Below, one piece after another: positions 1 to 10,178 of a DNA stretch of 64,000 nt. Below the pieces are notes generated by a model. It worked only from the letters and a program-made list of their open reading frames with translations. It was not told the origin of the DNA and searched no databases. Both the position numbers and the translations under genes were made by a program. This DNA comes from Nanobdellota archaeon (GTDB taxonomy: Archaea; Nanobdellota; Nanobdellia; Parvarchaeales; Parvarchaeaceae). Within the stretch, counting starts at the first letter, position 1, and every line of letters begins with the position of its first letter. The stretch is taken from contig JAJZIX010000003.1 of the NCBI GenBank assembly GCA_021810345.1, forward strand, positions 1,111 through 65,110, written 5' to 3'.

Positions 1-1312
1 CATCACCCAGTTTTGAAAAGGTGGCTCTGATCTGACCAAACAAAGTACTCTTTATGGCCTTTAGATAATAGTTTGTGGAGATTATTACGCCAATAAGCCC
101 GATCAACGATATCGGCAAGACGCTGTATGCACCCAAAAACACTAGAAGCTCCCCTACGAAGTTCGAAAGTCCCGGCACACCCATAACCGCAAGGACTGAA
201 AAAACGAAAAAGAACGACAAGACCGGCATCTTCGACGCAAGGCCGCCCATCTTGCTCATATCGTATGTACCCGTCCTGTCATACAGCTCCGCGGACAATA
301 TGAACAGCAAGGCTATTATGAATGAATGGCTTACTATCAGAAGCACCGCTCCATCCACTCCAAAAGTAGTGAGGCTGGATATCCCTATGAATATCAAGGC
401 CATGTATATCATACTCGAATACGAAAAAAGCCTTTTTAGATCGCGCTGGGCGGTTGCGACTATTGATATGTAAATCACAGTGAGTAAGCCTATCGCAATC
501 AGGAAGGGCTGTGCACCCGACATCGCTGATGGTATCATCTCAAAGCCGAAGATTATCAGCGCGAACCCCCCCATCTTTGAAAGAAGGCTTGAGAGCAGTA
601 TTGTTCCCGACGTTGGGGCGGAGGTATACGCATCCGGCAGCCATGCATGCAGTGGGAAAAGCGGCATCTTTATCAGGACCGTCACAAGCAACAGGGATAA
701 TATAATGTATTGTATACCTATGGGAATCAGCGCAGAAAGCTGTTGTATCACTCCTAGATTAAAGCTGCCCGTGTAGCTGAAGAAAAGTATGAACACGGCC
801 AGCAGGGTAAGGCTGCTAAGCTGGGTAAAGACAAGGAATTTTATGCTTGCGCCCTTTCTTGTTTTTTGATCACCCCAAAATGCTATTATAAAGAAAAGCG
901 AGAGGACTGCCGCCTCCCAAAAGATGAAAAGGAGGATAAGATTGTAGGATATGAACACTGAGATCAACGAGGCATAAGCCAGGAGATAAAATATGTAAAA
1001 CAACGTCTTGTTCTGCTTTATTTCCTTGTGAGCAGTCCAGAGAACCGCAGCCGGCACGACGACGGCTATCAGCATAAAAGGCAGGCTGAATCCATTCAGT
1101 TGCAGAGAAAACGAGAAGTCTATGCTGCTTACAAGCTGAACGGATATGCTTTTGAAACCAAACACCAGTCCGGAAAAGAACAGAACGACGGACGCTAATA
1201 TAACGGATGCTACTATTTTTTCTTCGCTGAGCCTGCACTTCAGGAAGGTGTTTACTATTAGCGCTATTACCCCAATCAGCGCCATGAGCAAAAATGAGAA
1301 TAGGTATATCAT
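1..1312 (-). CDS. nuoM: NADH-quinone oxidoreductase subunit M (antiporter-like), runs off the window edge
   Basis: Not in the ORF track because it has no stop in the window. My translation from the ATG at 1312 (ATGA overlap with the nuoL stop) gives MIYLFSFLLMALIG...LILLFIFWEAAVLSLFFIIAFWGDQKTRKGASIKFLVFTQ, typical NuoM motifs. It directly follows nuoL. Confidence 0.9.
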   Translation of the reverse strand, partial: MIYLFSFLLMALIGVIALIVNTFLKCRLSEEKIVASVILASVVLFFSGLVFGFKSISVQLVSSIDFSFSLQLNGFSLPFMLIAVVVPAAVLWTAHKEIKQNKTLFYIFYLLAYASLISVFISYNLILLFIFWEAAVLSLFFIIAFWGDQKTRKGASIKFLVFTQLSSLTLLAVFILFFSYTGSFNLGVIQQLSALIPIGIQYIILSLLLVTVLIKMPLFPLHAWLPDAYTSAPTSGTILLSSLLSKMGGFALIIFGFEMIPSAMSGAQPFLIAIGLLTVIYISIVATAQRDLKRLFSYSSMIYMALIFIGISSLTTFGVDGAVLLIVSHSFIIALLFILSAELYDRTGTYDMSKMGGLASKMPVLSFFFVFSVLAVMGVPGLSNFVGELLVFLGAYSVLPISLIGLIGVIISTNYYLKAIKSTLFGQIRATFSKLGD

Positions 1313-3051
1313 ACAAAGACCACCGCAACAGCAATTATTATCACCAGCCCGAGCAGAACCGCTGCAACGTAGGCGGTAGCATCTCCATTCTCTATTGCCC
1401 TTGAAGCTGAGGCTAATGAGATGAAGCCCTCACCAAGCCTTGAAAACAGCCTTATAAAAGCGTCATCAACGCGCCCGATCCACACCGCGAACAACATAAA
1501 TGAACCCCCAAAGGCAGTGATAATCTTATCCCATCCGTATTTTGACAAATTAACCGAAGCTGCTTTCGACCTTGACACTGCCGAAGGCAGCCTGCTTCTT
1601 GAGAACAATTCAAACGCAACGTATACTCCAAGAAGCGAGGCGATCACGGATATCACAGAAAACGCATCAAACGAATAGTTGATTAATATGACTCCACTAA
1701 AATAGAACAACAGCACCCCGCCCAGGATTGATATGGCCGACAAGATTATTATTGGGATATAAGCATACATGTTTTTGATAGGCCTCGGCCCCGATCCTTT
1801 CCCAAATGCCACAAACAGCGCCCTGAATGAGAACAAGGCGGTCAAAAAGGACAATAGCAGGAAGATTAAGCTGTCCGCGAGGGTGAAATTCGCAGAAACC
1901 CCTAAGTGAGCAAAAAAGCTCATGAACGGCGGAAGACCAGCTATAGACGAGAAACCAATGATCGCAGGCACGAAAAGCCAGCCCTTGTTCTTCTTTGAAG
2001 ATTTTAGCTTGTAGATATCATAGCTTCCAAAAAGGACCATTAGCGCGCCAGCTATGAAAAACAACAAAGACTTGAATATAGCATGGGTAAACAGGTAGAA
2101 GATTGCGCCGCCAGCGTTCGCGGTTGCAGCTGCTATAAACATGAATGAAAGGCTTTCTATAGTCGAATATGCAAGTATGCGTTTGAGATGTACTTCCTTA
2201 AGCGCAAGCAGCGCGGCAAGGAAAGCGGTGAAAAACCCAAATGACAGTATTACGATACCGAAGCCTGCTTCTATAAAAAGAGGCAGCATCAGAACCAATA
2301 GGAAAGCACCTGCAGCGACCATGGTCGCAGAATGAAGCAGGGCACTGACCGGAGTTGGGCCCTCCATTGCGTCGACAAGCCACGTGTAGAACGGGAACTG
2401 CGCAGATTTTGATATTACAGCTATGAAAAGGAGTGAAGCCACGATAGATAGAGTTGCCGGGCCAATTGCACTTACATCGGCTAGTATAGTGCTTATCGAG
2501 AATGTCCTGAGCGTGACAAAAAGCACAACTAAGGCGGCGAAGAATGCTATATCGCCTATCCTTGTAAGCAGAAGCGCTTTCTTGCCGGCTGAAGCCGGTG
2601 CTTCCCTCCCATACCAAAAGCCTATCAGGAGGTAAGAAGTTACTCCTACCAGCTCCCAAAAAACGTAGAACAGAAGAAGGCTGTTCGACAGCACAAGTCC
2701 TAGCATTGAAAAGATGAAAAGGGACATTTCCGAATAGTACCTGCGCTGTGGCTCATCTCTCATGTAGAAATTGGAGAAAACCAGTACTAGAAGCGAGATA
2801 AATGACACGAGAATTGCCATGAAAAGCGTAAGGTTGGAAGCTGACATCGACAGCGTGAACTTTATGCTGCCGGAAGTGAACCATGTTACGGATTCAATAG
2901 CCGGCCTGTTGAAATACTCAAAAAAGAAGAAAGAGGAAAGAGCAAGCGAGATAGCAGCTGCCACCGAGGAGATCAAAAAGCTCTTCTTGCCCGAAACAAA
3001 TGGAATCAATAGAACGGCCAAAAGCATCGGTATCACTATTAGGTATATCAT
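1309..3051 (-). CDS. nuoL: NADH-quinone oxidoreductase subunit L
   Basis: 580 aa, multi-TM; motifs FWELVGVTSYLLIGFW, KSAQFPFYTWLVDAMEGPTPVSALLHSATMVAAG, LAYSTI, THAIFKSLLF. Confidence 0.95.
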   Translation of the reverse strand: MIYLIVIPMLLAVLLIPFVSGKKSFLISSVAAAISLALSSFFFFEYFNRPAIESVTWFTSGSIKFTLSMSASNLTLFMAILVSFISLLVLVFSNFYMRDEPQRRYYSEMSLFIFSMLGLVLSNSLLLFYVFWELVGVTSYLLIGFWYGREAPASAGKKALLLTRIGDIAFFAALVVLFVTLRTFSISTILADVSAIGPATLSIVASLLFIAVISKSAQFPFYTWLVDAMEGPTPVSALLHSATMVAAGAFLLVLMLPLFIEAGFGIVILSFGFFTAFLAALLALKEVHLKRILAYSTIESLSFMFIAAATANAGGAIFYLFTHAIFKSLLFFIAGALMVLFGSYDIYKLKSSKKNKGWLFVPAIIGFSSIAGLPPFMSFFAHLGVSANFTLADSLIFLLLSFLTALFSFRALFVAFGKGSGPRPIKNMYAYIPIIILSAISILGGVLLFYFSGVILINYSFDAFSVISVIASLLGVYVAFELFSRSRLPSAVSRSKAASVNLSKYGWDKIITAFGGSFMLFAVWIGRVDDAFIRLFSRLGEGFISLASASRAIENGDATAYVAAVLLGLVIIIAVAVVFV

Positions 3052-3053
3052 GC

Positions 3054-3356
3054 TTACCCCCTAAACCTCCTCAGCTTTGACAAGAGAACGGAACTTGTTT
3101 TCTTTGAGTAGGCAATCAGCATCCCCACAAAGACTACTGCCTCTAAAACCGCCATTACAAGTATTATAAGTGCATAGCTGGCACCACTGAGTGAGGAAAG
3201 GCTTGCTGATGCGCCTACGAAATTCAGAAGAGCGGCATTTATTATTATCTCTGCAGAGATTAGCATTCCAAAGCCGTTTTTTCTTGACAGCACCCCGTAA
3301 ACGCCTATCGCAAACAGAACCACCGACAGGAATAGAATATAGCTTAATGGCACCAT
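3054..3356 (-). CDS. nuoK: NADH-quinone oxidoreductase subunit K
   Basis: 100 aa, 3 TM; LFAIGVYGVLSRKN...MLISAEIIINAA...AVLEAVV; lies between J and L. Confidence 0.9.
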   Translation of the reverse strand: MVPLSYILFLSVVLFAIGVYGVLSRKNGFGMLISAEIIINAALLNFVGASASLSSLSGASYALIILVMAVLEAVVFVGMLIAYSKKTSSVLLSKLRRFRG

Positions 3357-3826
3357 CAGGAACGCTCACCTACAATATACAATGCGGATAACAGGCTGGC
3401 CACACCGGCTATAGCCAAAACAACTAATATTATGCCATAGTTCTGGAAAAGGATCATGCCTAAATTTGAGTAATTCATCGGAGATGAGGCCTGGCTCGCC
3501 GGATATCTCGAGGCCAAGAAAGACAAAAGCACTATCACAGCCACTGGTATAAATATCAGGTATTTCATTCCTTTTCTGCCCATCGACCCTTCTGGCATCA
3601 GGCTTATACCAATCGCCAGAAGAAGGACTATGCCTCCATTGTATATTATAAGCTCGGCGATGCTCAGAAAGACGGCATTCAGATATATGAACATCGAGGC
3701 CATGGAGATTATGAACATGAACAAAAACACGAGTGAATGAACTAGCTTTTTGCTCATTACTATAAGGATGGCAAATAGGATAAGCACCGCTGATAACGCG
3801 AAAAAGCCTACTGTGGATATATCCAT
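3356..3826 (-). CDS. nuoJ: NADH-quinone oxidoreductase subunit J
   Basis: 156 aa hydrophobic; KKLVHSLVFL...LNAVFLSIAELIIYNGGIVLL resembles NuoJ 'vYvGAi.vLf'; operon position. Confidence 0.85.
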   Translation of the reverse strand: MDISTVGFFALSAVLILFAILIVMSKKLVHSLVFLFMFIISMASMFIYLNAVFLSIAELIIYNGGIVLLLAIGISLMPEGSMGRKGMKYLIFIPVAVIVLLSFLASRYPASQASSPMNYSNLGMILFQNYGIILVVLAIAGVASLLSALYIVGERS

Positions 3827-3925
3827 ATTCTATTATGCTTCAAAAGAGTTATATACTTTTTTACCGATTTTTTACCCAGCAGGGCCACAAGTAACATATT
3901 TATTTACTTGCTGCCAATAGTTAAT

Positions 3926-4786
3926 ATGTTTGGATTCACTATAAAAAACTATGAGAAAGAGTTCGAAACGGACGTGCTTGAAAAGAAGCATGTTTTCTAT
4001 GACCTTTATATAAAAAGCGAGGACCCGCAGCAGCTCAGAAATGAGATGTCTGAGGCAATAACAGACTTTGATTACAAGATATTGCTGAATGAGATGTCCA
4101 AATTTGAGGACAAGGAGCTCGAGGAAACATTCAGAGGAGGCAATGCAAAACCGATAAGGGTGCTGATAAAAAGCGCAAAGGATAACAAGAAAGGATCCAA
4201 ATATCCTCTTCTTTGGAAAACCTGCCTGATACTCGGTATAATAGCGCTTGTGATACTGTTTGCTTCCTACAGAAACTACATATACAATGATTTTACTTCG
4301 GTATCGTATCAGCCATCCAATTTCCTTCTTTATTCGACGATAGGGCTATTTGTGCTGGCATTCATATTCTTCATGATAAAGAAGGTAGTACCGATGTATC
4401 TGTGGGCCAAGATAATCGGGGTATATGACCCTACCGAACAATCCGCAAACGTGCGCATTGTCATCGCAGGAGATTGCAAGTTCAAGGATAAGGACTCATA
4501 CGCAAAGCTGGAGAGCGACATGACGGAGCTTTACAGCGAGCTCTCTAGAAAATATGGCAACAAGCTGGACAAGAGGCAGATCTCCCAGAGCGTAACAAGT
4601 ACCCTTGGAGCCGGCAGCCTCCACAACCTAAACTCGAAGCTGAGGGACGCAGAGAAAGAATCCGCCGACCTTGAGAGGAACTTTGTCGCTGGCAAGATAA
4701 GCGAGGATCAGTACAAGAGCCTAAAATCATCGATAGAAGCGAAGAAAGCGCAGCTTGAGACTCTGTTTGACCTCATAAACGGCTGA
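3926..4786 (+). CDS. hypothetical membrane protein (2 TM; C-terminal coiled coil with SHOCT-like tail)
   Basis: Long ORF, ATG at 3926 preferred over TTG at 3908; two hydrophobic helices; C-terminal FVAGKISEDQYKSLK resembles SHOCT 'G.Is.eEy...k'. Confidence 0.7.
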   Translation: MFGFTIKNYEKEFETDVLEKKHVFYDLYIKSEDPQQLRNEMSEAITDFDYKILLNEMSKFEDKELEETFRGGNAKPIRVLIKSAKDNKKGSKYPLLWKTCLILGIIALVILFASYRNYIYNDFTSVSYQPSNFLLYSTIGLFVLAFIFFMIKKVVPMYLWAKIIGVYDPTEQSANVRIVIAGDCKFKDKDSYAKLESDMTELYSELSRKYGNKLDKRQISQSVTSTLGAGSLHNLNSKLRDAEKESADLERNFVAGKISEDQYKSLKSSIEAKKAQLETLFDLING

Positions 4787-4800
4787 AGCAGCGGTATTCT

Positions 4801-4814
4801 GAAAGATTTATATA
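4801..4814 (+). promoter_or_regulatory. BRE/TATA promoter of rps8e (likely leaderless transcript)
   Basis: GAAAGATTTATATA ending about 25 nt before the ATG at 4839. Confidence 0.55.
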
Positions 4815-4838
4815 CCTGCCTTACAATAAATAAGCAAT

Positions 4839-5219
4839 ATGTCAAAAACAACTGCGCCGTCTCTCAGGAAAAAGGGTGGAGGCCTTAAGGGGATAAGGAA
4901 GAGCAAGAGAAAAAGCGAGTCAATAGGTGCCGCAGTACCCATACAGATAGGCGACAAGAAGATAAAGACCCATAGGGGGCTTGGCGGTTCAATCAGGACT
5001 GTTGCACTGCAGGTAAATGAAGGCAACATGTTCGATCCAAAGACGAAAAAATTCTCAAAAGTCAAGCTTATTAATGTGGTTGAAAACAAAGCAAACCGCG
5101 CTTATGCAAGGAGAAACATAATAAATAAGGGCAGCGTCATTGAAACCTCCGAGGGAAAAGCAGTCGTAGTCAACAGGCCTGGAAAGGCTGGCCAGGTCAC
5201 ACTGGTAAAACAGGAATGA
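4839..5219 (+). CDS. rps8e: 30S ribosomal protein S8e
   Basis: Basic 126 aa; RGLGG, VVENKANRAYARRNIINKGSVIETSEGKAVVVNRPGKAGQV. Confidence 0.95.
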   Translation: MSKTTAPSLRKKGGGLKGIRKSKRKSESIGAAVPIQIGDKKIKTHRGLGGSIRTVALQVNEGNMFDPKTKKFSKVKLINVVENKANRAYARRNIINKGSVIETSEGKAVVVNRPGKAGQVTLVKQE

Positions 5220-5248
5220 TTAAATAGCGGCAGGCTTTAATAATCTGC

Positions 5249-7549
5249 ATGAGCTTGAATTTTGATAGGTTTGAGGGATTTATTAGGAGATACCACAAAA
5301 TCATAATCATAATTTGGCTAGTTGCTTTTGTTGCTTCGATACCGCTCGCAGTACACTTGTTTAGTATAGTCTCATACAATATAACCGGTGGGTCTGCATC
5401 AAATAACAGCAGCTTCAACAGCACCCAGCTTGTGGTCACTGTCAGCAGCAACGTGTACTCGCCACAGGTAAAGCAGCTGCTTTTCAATGTAAGCGGCAAG
5501 TTTGGTGAAGGAAATGTGGACTCTATATACACAGTAGAGTATTCGGTGATTAACTCCAGCTATACCCTGATAAAACAACTGTCATACCCGCAGATTCTCG
5601 CTGCTTACAGAGAGTACAACGTAACGGGGAGTACGATCAGCAGCACACTGAATGACAGCATAATAAGCGCTGTCGCCAGCGGCATATCCAGCAGGCTTGA
5701 GAACTCGACAGAAATCAGGACTGGTGCGAATGTGTATGGGTTTGTCATCGGGGTTATAAAAGGATACTCCAATTCAACCCCCTCTTATGTTCTTTCAAAC
5801 GAGAACTTCAGCACCTATCCCCTGCTTCCCCCCCAGACTACACTATCAACGCTGGTAAACGGCGATCATAACACTACTCTGTTCGCTGTAAGCGACACAA
5901 GCTACAGTTACCTGTCATCGTACATAAGCAACCAGTCTGCAGGCAGGAACCTGACATCTTATGTGACGGGAGGAGCAGGGCTCACCAAGAACATAGAGAC
6001 CGAAACCCAGACAGGGACGCTTCTGGCTATATTACTTGGGATAATTGCTGTTATAATAATAACCGGGCTGATATTCCGCTCTCCGGTTGCTGCTTTTGTG
6101 CCGATAGCGATATTCGGCGTTGATGTCACTATAGCCTATTCGCTATTCTACATCGTTTTCCACTCATTGCTCCATACAACGATCTCATTCTTTGATCCAG
6201 CCCTTACATCGATACTGATGCTCGGAGTCTCGACGGATTACCTTGTTTATATGCTGTACAGGTACAGACAAGAGAAAAACAATCCTAACGGAAAGACAAT
6301 AGGCAGGACGATAAAGGGTGCCGGAGCGGCAATAGCAGTCAGCGGCACCACAATAATAGTGGCATATGCGGTTCTTTCCTCGTTCAAGCTCACATTTCTT
6401 GGAGCAACGGGCGAATTAAACGCAATAGGGGTTTTCATAGTCCTGCTATCCGCGATAACATTTCTTCCTGCGATGATGTTCCTGCTTGGCGACAGACTAT
6501 TGTACCCAAACAGAAAATATTATGCAAAATATGAGGGGAAGTTCCGCAGACTCGCGGACTTCGAGTATACAAACCGCAAGAAAATCATAGCAATATTTGT
6601 CGTTATAATAGCAGTCTGCCTCTATGTATTTGTGACAATTCCGCCGGGGCTGAATTTTCTTGGCTTATTGCCAAACTCACAAGCCAAACAGGCTTTCTAT
6701 GTGGCCACAAACAACTTTGGGTACGATCCAATTGACCCTATTTCTATTAGCTTCTCGAGCCAGAACGCCAGCATTGCGACAATAGCCAGCCATATAGAAT
6801 CCATACAAAACGTACATTCAGTAATTCAATCTTCGGCAAGCCAGCCAGACCTTCTAGTTTACTTAAATCCAATAGCGTTTTCAAGGCCTGCGCTCTCGGC
6901 TTACAACAATATAAATTCATATTTGAGCACCAGCGGACTAAACTACACTATAAGCGGCACCCAGGTTTTCCTAGGCTCTGCACTGGACTCGATTAATTCC
7001 ACAACGCCGACGCTCATAATAGTGCTTGGCCTGGTTATATTTGCGCTCCTCTCTATTATACTGTTCTCTTTATACACTCCTATAAGGCTTGTGCTTCTGT
7101 TGATATCGATGATAATAGCCGCAAACGCGCTTACAGTATTCTTATTTTCATTTGTATTCTCGCTGCCGTTCATAGCAATAGCACAGGTATTCTTGATAAC
7201 CAATATGATGGGAGTCGGAGTTGATTACGATATATTCCTAGTGATGAGGATACGGGAAAGTACTAGAGAAGGAATGGAGGACTCAAAGGCGATAAAGGAG
7301 GGGCTTTCAAAGAGCGGACCTATAATAATAAGTATAGGTGCTATCTTCTCCATGGTGTTTTTCTCGCTTACAGGCAGTGGAGTACCTATAATAGCGGAGG
7401 TAGGATTTATAGTGGGAGCAGGCATACTGCTAGATTCGATCATATCGATAACTATTTTAGTACCGTCTATAATGTATTTATTGGATAAGTATAATTGGTG
7501 GCCGGGCAACAAGCATGGGCGTATTAAAAGACATACTAAGCAGGATTAA
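5249..7549 (+). CDS. MMPL (RND superfamily) membrane transporter
   Basis: 766 aa with two repeats; YVTGGAG, LGVSTDYLVYMLYRYRQE, GVGVDYDIFLVMRIRE, ILVPSIMYLLDKYNWWPG. Confidence 0.9.
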   Translation: MSLNFDRFEGFIRRYHKIIIIIWLVAFVASIPLAVHLFSIVSYNITGGSASNNSSFNSTQLVVTVSSNVYSPQVKQLLFNVSGKFGEGNVDSIYTVEYSVINSSYTLIKQLSYPQILAAYREYNVTGSTISSTLNDSIISAVASGISSRLENSTEIRTGANVYGFVIGVIKGYSNSTPSYVLSNENFSTYPLLPPQTTLSTLVNGDHNTTLFAVSDTSYSYLSSYISNQSAGRNLTSYVTGGAGLTKNIETETQTGTLLAILLGIIAVIIITGLIFRSPVAAFVPIAIFGVDVTIAYSLFYIVFHSLLHTTISFFDPALTSILMLGVSTDYLVYMLYRYRQEKNNPNGKTIGRTIKGAGAAIAVSGTTIIVAYAVLSSFKLTFLGATGELNAIGVFIVLLSAITFLPAMMFLLGDRLLYPNRKYYAKYEGKFRRLADFEYTNRKKIIAIFVVIIAVCLYVFVTIPPGLNFLGLLPNSQAKQAFYVATNNFGYDPIDPISISFSSQNASIATIASHIESIQNVHSVIQSSASQPDLLVYLNPIAFSRPALSAYNNINSYLSTSGLNYTISGTQVFLGSALDSINSTTPTLIIVLGLVIFALLSIILFSLYTPIRLVLLLISMIIAANALTVFLFSFVFSLPFIAIAQVFLITNMMGVGVDYDIFLVMRIRESTREGMEDSKAIKEGLSKSGPIIISIGAIFSMVFFSLTGSGVPIIAEVGFIVGAGILLDSIISITILVPSIMYLLDKYNWWPGNKHGRIKRHTKQD

Positions 7550-8285
7550 AGGGGAGAAAACCATCGCGGTGGTCAATGATAAAGACAGCATAATTTCAAT
7601 CACAGACAATGGCGAGAGCAAGTCAATGAAGTTAGATGGGTGGACTTACTCCAGGTTCGACAAAAAGAAAATATACACTTTCTCTTACTGGGATTATTTT
7701 ATACCACTGCCCTCACTCTTTAAAGATCCAAATATGCTGATGATAGGCCTTGGTGGGGGGACAATAATAAGACAGTTAAATGCAATATATGGTCCTAGTT
7801 TTAAGATGGATGTGGTGGAGATAAGCCAAAAGGTGATAGATCTATCCAGAAAATATTTCGGAGACTTCCCTCCCGAGGTAAACGTGATTAATGGAGACGG
7901 CGCAAAATTCATAGAGGACAAAACCCCCCAATACGACATCATAATTCTGGATGCTTATGATAAGATAGAGATACCAAAAGTATTCTTGGAGCAAGACTTC
8001 ATCAATGATGCGTACAATGCGCTAAAAAACAAAGGAGTATTAGCTATAAACTATGCGCTGCTGATAAAATCGACTATAATACTCGGCTCATTCATCAGTA
8101 GGCTGAAAAAGCTGTTTGGTTCGGTTTATAAGGTGAGCTTTGGTATGGAGAGCGGCAACATAATGATATTATGCTCAAAAAACATGGACAAAAAGGAGAT
8201 CCAGTCTCTTGTCGGTTCAAGGTTTAGCTCAGTCCCGGAAGCTAAGCATATATTGAATGCTTACTTAGATATGTCTGAGAAGTAA
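7515..8285 (+). CDS. spermidine synthase-like SAM-dependent methyltransferase
   Basis: LMIGLGGGT, DVVEIS, GDGAKFI, YDIIILDAYD motifs. Confidence 0.8.
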   Translation: MGVLKDILSRIKGEKTIAVVNDKDSIISITDNGESKSMKLDGWTYSRFDKKKIYTFSYWDYFIPLPSLFKDPNMLMIGLGGGTIIRQLNAIYGPSFKMDVVEISQKVIDLSRKYFGDFPPEVNVINGDGAKFIEDKTPQYDIIILDAYDKIEIPKVFLEQDFINDAYNALKNKGVLAINYALLIKSTIILGSFISRLKKLFGSVYKVSFGMESGNIMILCSKNMDKKEIQSLVGSRFSSVPEAKHILNAYLDMSEK

Positions 8286-8286
8286 C

Positions 8287-9756
8287 ATGGAAAAAGAAGT
8301 TTCAAAGAGACCCGCATTCTCCCAAGTATCGGATTATTCATTTGATATGCCTGTTTCATACATGCGCGGGATGCGTGTGCCAGCCAGGGTATACGCAGAC
8401 AAAACTCTGCTCAAGGAGATGGATACCAGAGTATTCGAGCAGATTGCAAATGTATCATCTCTGCCAGGAATAGTGGAGCATTCTCTCGTAATGCCGGATG
8501 GCCACAGTGGGTATGGCTTCCCTATAGGCGGGGTAGCTGCTTTTGATCCAGATGATGGGGGGATTATATCTCCTGGGGGTATAGGATTTGATATAAACTG
8601 CGGCATGAGGCTGGTTCTAACCAACCTTACGCTTGATGAGGTAAAACCGAAAATAAAGGAGCTGGTTGATCTTCTTTTCAGCCGCATCCCGACAGGTGTA
8701 GGCAACTCCAGCAAGTTGAACATAAGCAAGGATGACTTCAAGATGCTAGCAGCTGAAGGAAGCAAGTGGGCGGTCAAAAAGGGATTCGCATATGAGAGTG
8801 ATTTGAAGACAACGGAGCTTGGCGGCAGCGCGGACTGGGCGGATCCGTCAAAAATATCCGATAAAGCTATAGCGAGGGGTTTGAAGCAGATTGGCACGCT
8901 CGGCTCCGGAAACCACTATCTTGAGGTGCAGTACGTAAAGCCAGAAAACATTATTGATGAGAAAATCGCGAAAAGGTGGGGGCTCTTCCCGAATCAGATT
9001 GTCATAATGCTGCATACCGGGTCTAGGGGAGCGGGCCACCAGATAGCGACAGACTACATAGAAAAGTTTTCAAGGCTCGCTGAATCCGGGAAGGGGATAA
9101 AGGTAAATGATAAGGAGCTTGCCTGCGCCACCTTCCTATCCGAACCTGGCCAGGATTATTACAAAGCAATGGGATGTGGGGTTAACATATCGTTTGCTAA
9201 CAGACAGGTAATAACCCATCAGCTTAGGCAGGCGTTCTCAAAGGTCTTCAAGAAGGATCCGGAAAAATTGGGGATGGAGCTACTGTTCGACGTAGCACAT
9301 AACAGAGCATCAATCGAGAAGCATGCTATCGGAAAAAAAGAGAGGGAATTGCTTATCCACAGAAAAGGCAGCACCGGCGCATATGCTCCCGGAAGGAGAG
9401 AAATCCCGCTCAAATACCGAAAAGACGGCTCGCCCGTTATAATAGGAGGCAGCATGGAAACTGGGTCTTACCTGCTTGTCGGGAGTGATAACTCAGAAGA
9501 GGCCTTCTCAAGCACGTGCCACGGAAGCGGCAGGACTAAAAGCAGATCGCAGGCCAGAAAAAGCACGGATGGCGAGAAGCTATTCAACAGCATGCTCAAG
9601 AGAGGGATATACGTCAAAAGCGCATCATGGTCTGGCCTGGCTGAGGAGAGTGGAGACAGCTATAAGAATATAGACAGGGTCGTTGACATAATAAATTCGG
9701 CCAACATCTCAAGAAAAGTGTGCAAACTGCTGCCATTGGGCAACATAAAGGGGTAG
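8287..9756 (+). CDS. rtcB: RNA-splicing ligase RtcB
   Basis: MPDGHSGYGFPIGG, GFDINCG, GTLGSGNHYLE, HTGSRG, DVAHN, HRKG, STCHGSGR. Confidence 0.97.
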   Translation: MEKEVSKRPAFSQVSDYSFDMPVSYMRGMRVPARVYADKTLLKEMDTRVFEQIANVSSLPGIVEHSLVMPDGHSGYGFPIGGVAAFDPDDGGIISPGGIGFDINCGMRLVLTNLTLDEVKPKIKELVDLLFSRIPTGVGNSSKLNISKDDFKMLAAEGSKWAVKKGFAYESDLKTTELGGSADWADPSKISDKAIARGLKQIGTLGSGNHYLEVQYVKPENIIDEKIAKRWGLFPNQIVIMLHTGSRGAGHQIATDYIEKFSRLAESGKGIKVNDKELACATFLSEPGQDYYKAMGCGVNISFANRQVITHQLRQAFSKVFKKDPEKLGMELLFDVAHNRASIEKHAIGKKERELLIHRKGSTGAYAPGRREIPLKYRKDGSPVIIGGSMETGSYLLVGSDNSEEAFSSTCHGSGRTKSRSQARKSTDGEKLFNSMLKRGIYVKSASWSGLAEESGDSYKNIDRVVDIINSANISRKVCKLLPLGNIKG

Positions 9757-9758
9757 TG

Positions 9759-10178
9759 ATGGGTTATAGATTTCTGAAGGATATAAGCAGGTCAGACGTA
9801 GCCGTAAGAGTAACTTCGGCTACACTCAGCGGGCTTATAAGCCAGGCAGGCGCTGCGTTCAACAGAACAATGATCATGAAGCCTGGCTCGCTTCCATCGG
9901 ATAATACCAAGAAATTTTCAATATATTTCAAGACTGAGGAGGAGCTGATGTTCAAATTTTTAAATAAGCTGGTATACTACAAAGATGTCAACAACCTCCT
10001 GTTCAGGAGGTTCCAAGTAACCAAAACAAAAGGTCATATGGTGATAGAAGCACGCGGAGGCAGGATAGATCCAGAAAAGATCAAGCCGGTTGTGGACATA
10101 AAGGCTGTTACGATGCACAAATTCTCTGTAGCTAGGAAAAAAGGGAAGTGGAGCATGACTGCTGTATTTGATGTATAA
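9759..10178 (+). CDS. archease
   Basis: MGYRFLKDISRSDVAV...VDIKAVTMHKF...AVFDV; directly downstream of rtcB; ATG at 9759. Confidence 0.92.
   Translation: MGYRFLKDISRSDVAVRVTSATLSGLISQAGAAFNRTMIMKPGSLPSDNTKKFSIYFKTEEELMFKFLNKLVYYKDVNNLLFRRFQVTKTKGHMVIEARGGRIDPEKIKPVVDIKAVTMHKFSVARKKGKWSMTAVFDV

Noticed and set aside
75-1334. ORF-track frames at 75-473, 480-776, 511-705, 870-1334 and 1146-1379
   Set aside because: Shadow or alternative frames of nuoM, which fills 1-1312 on the minus strand.
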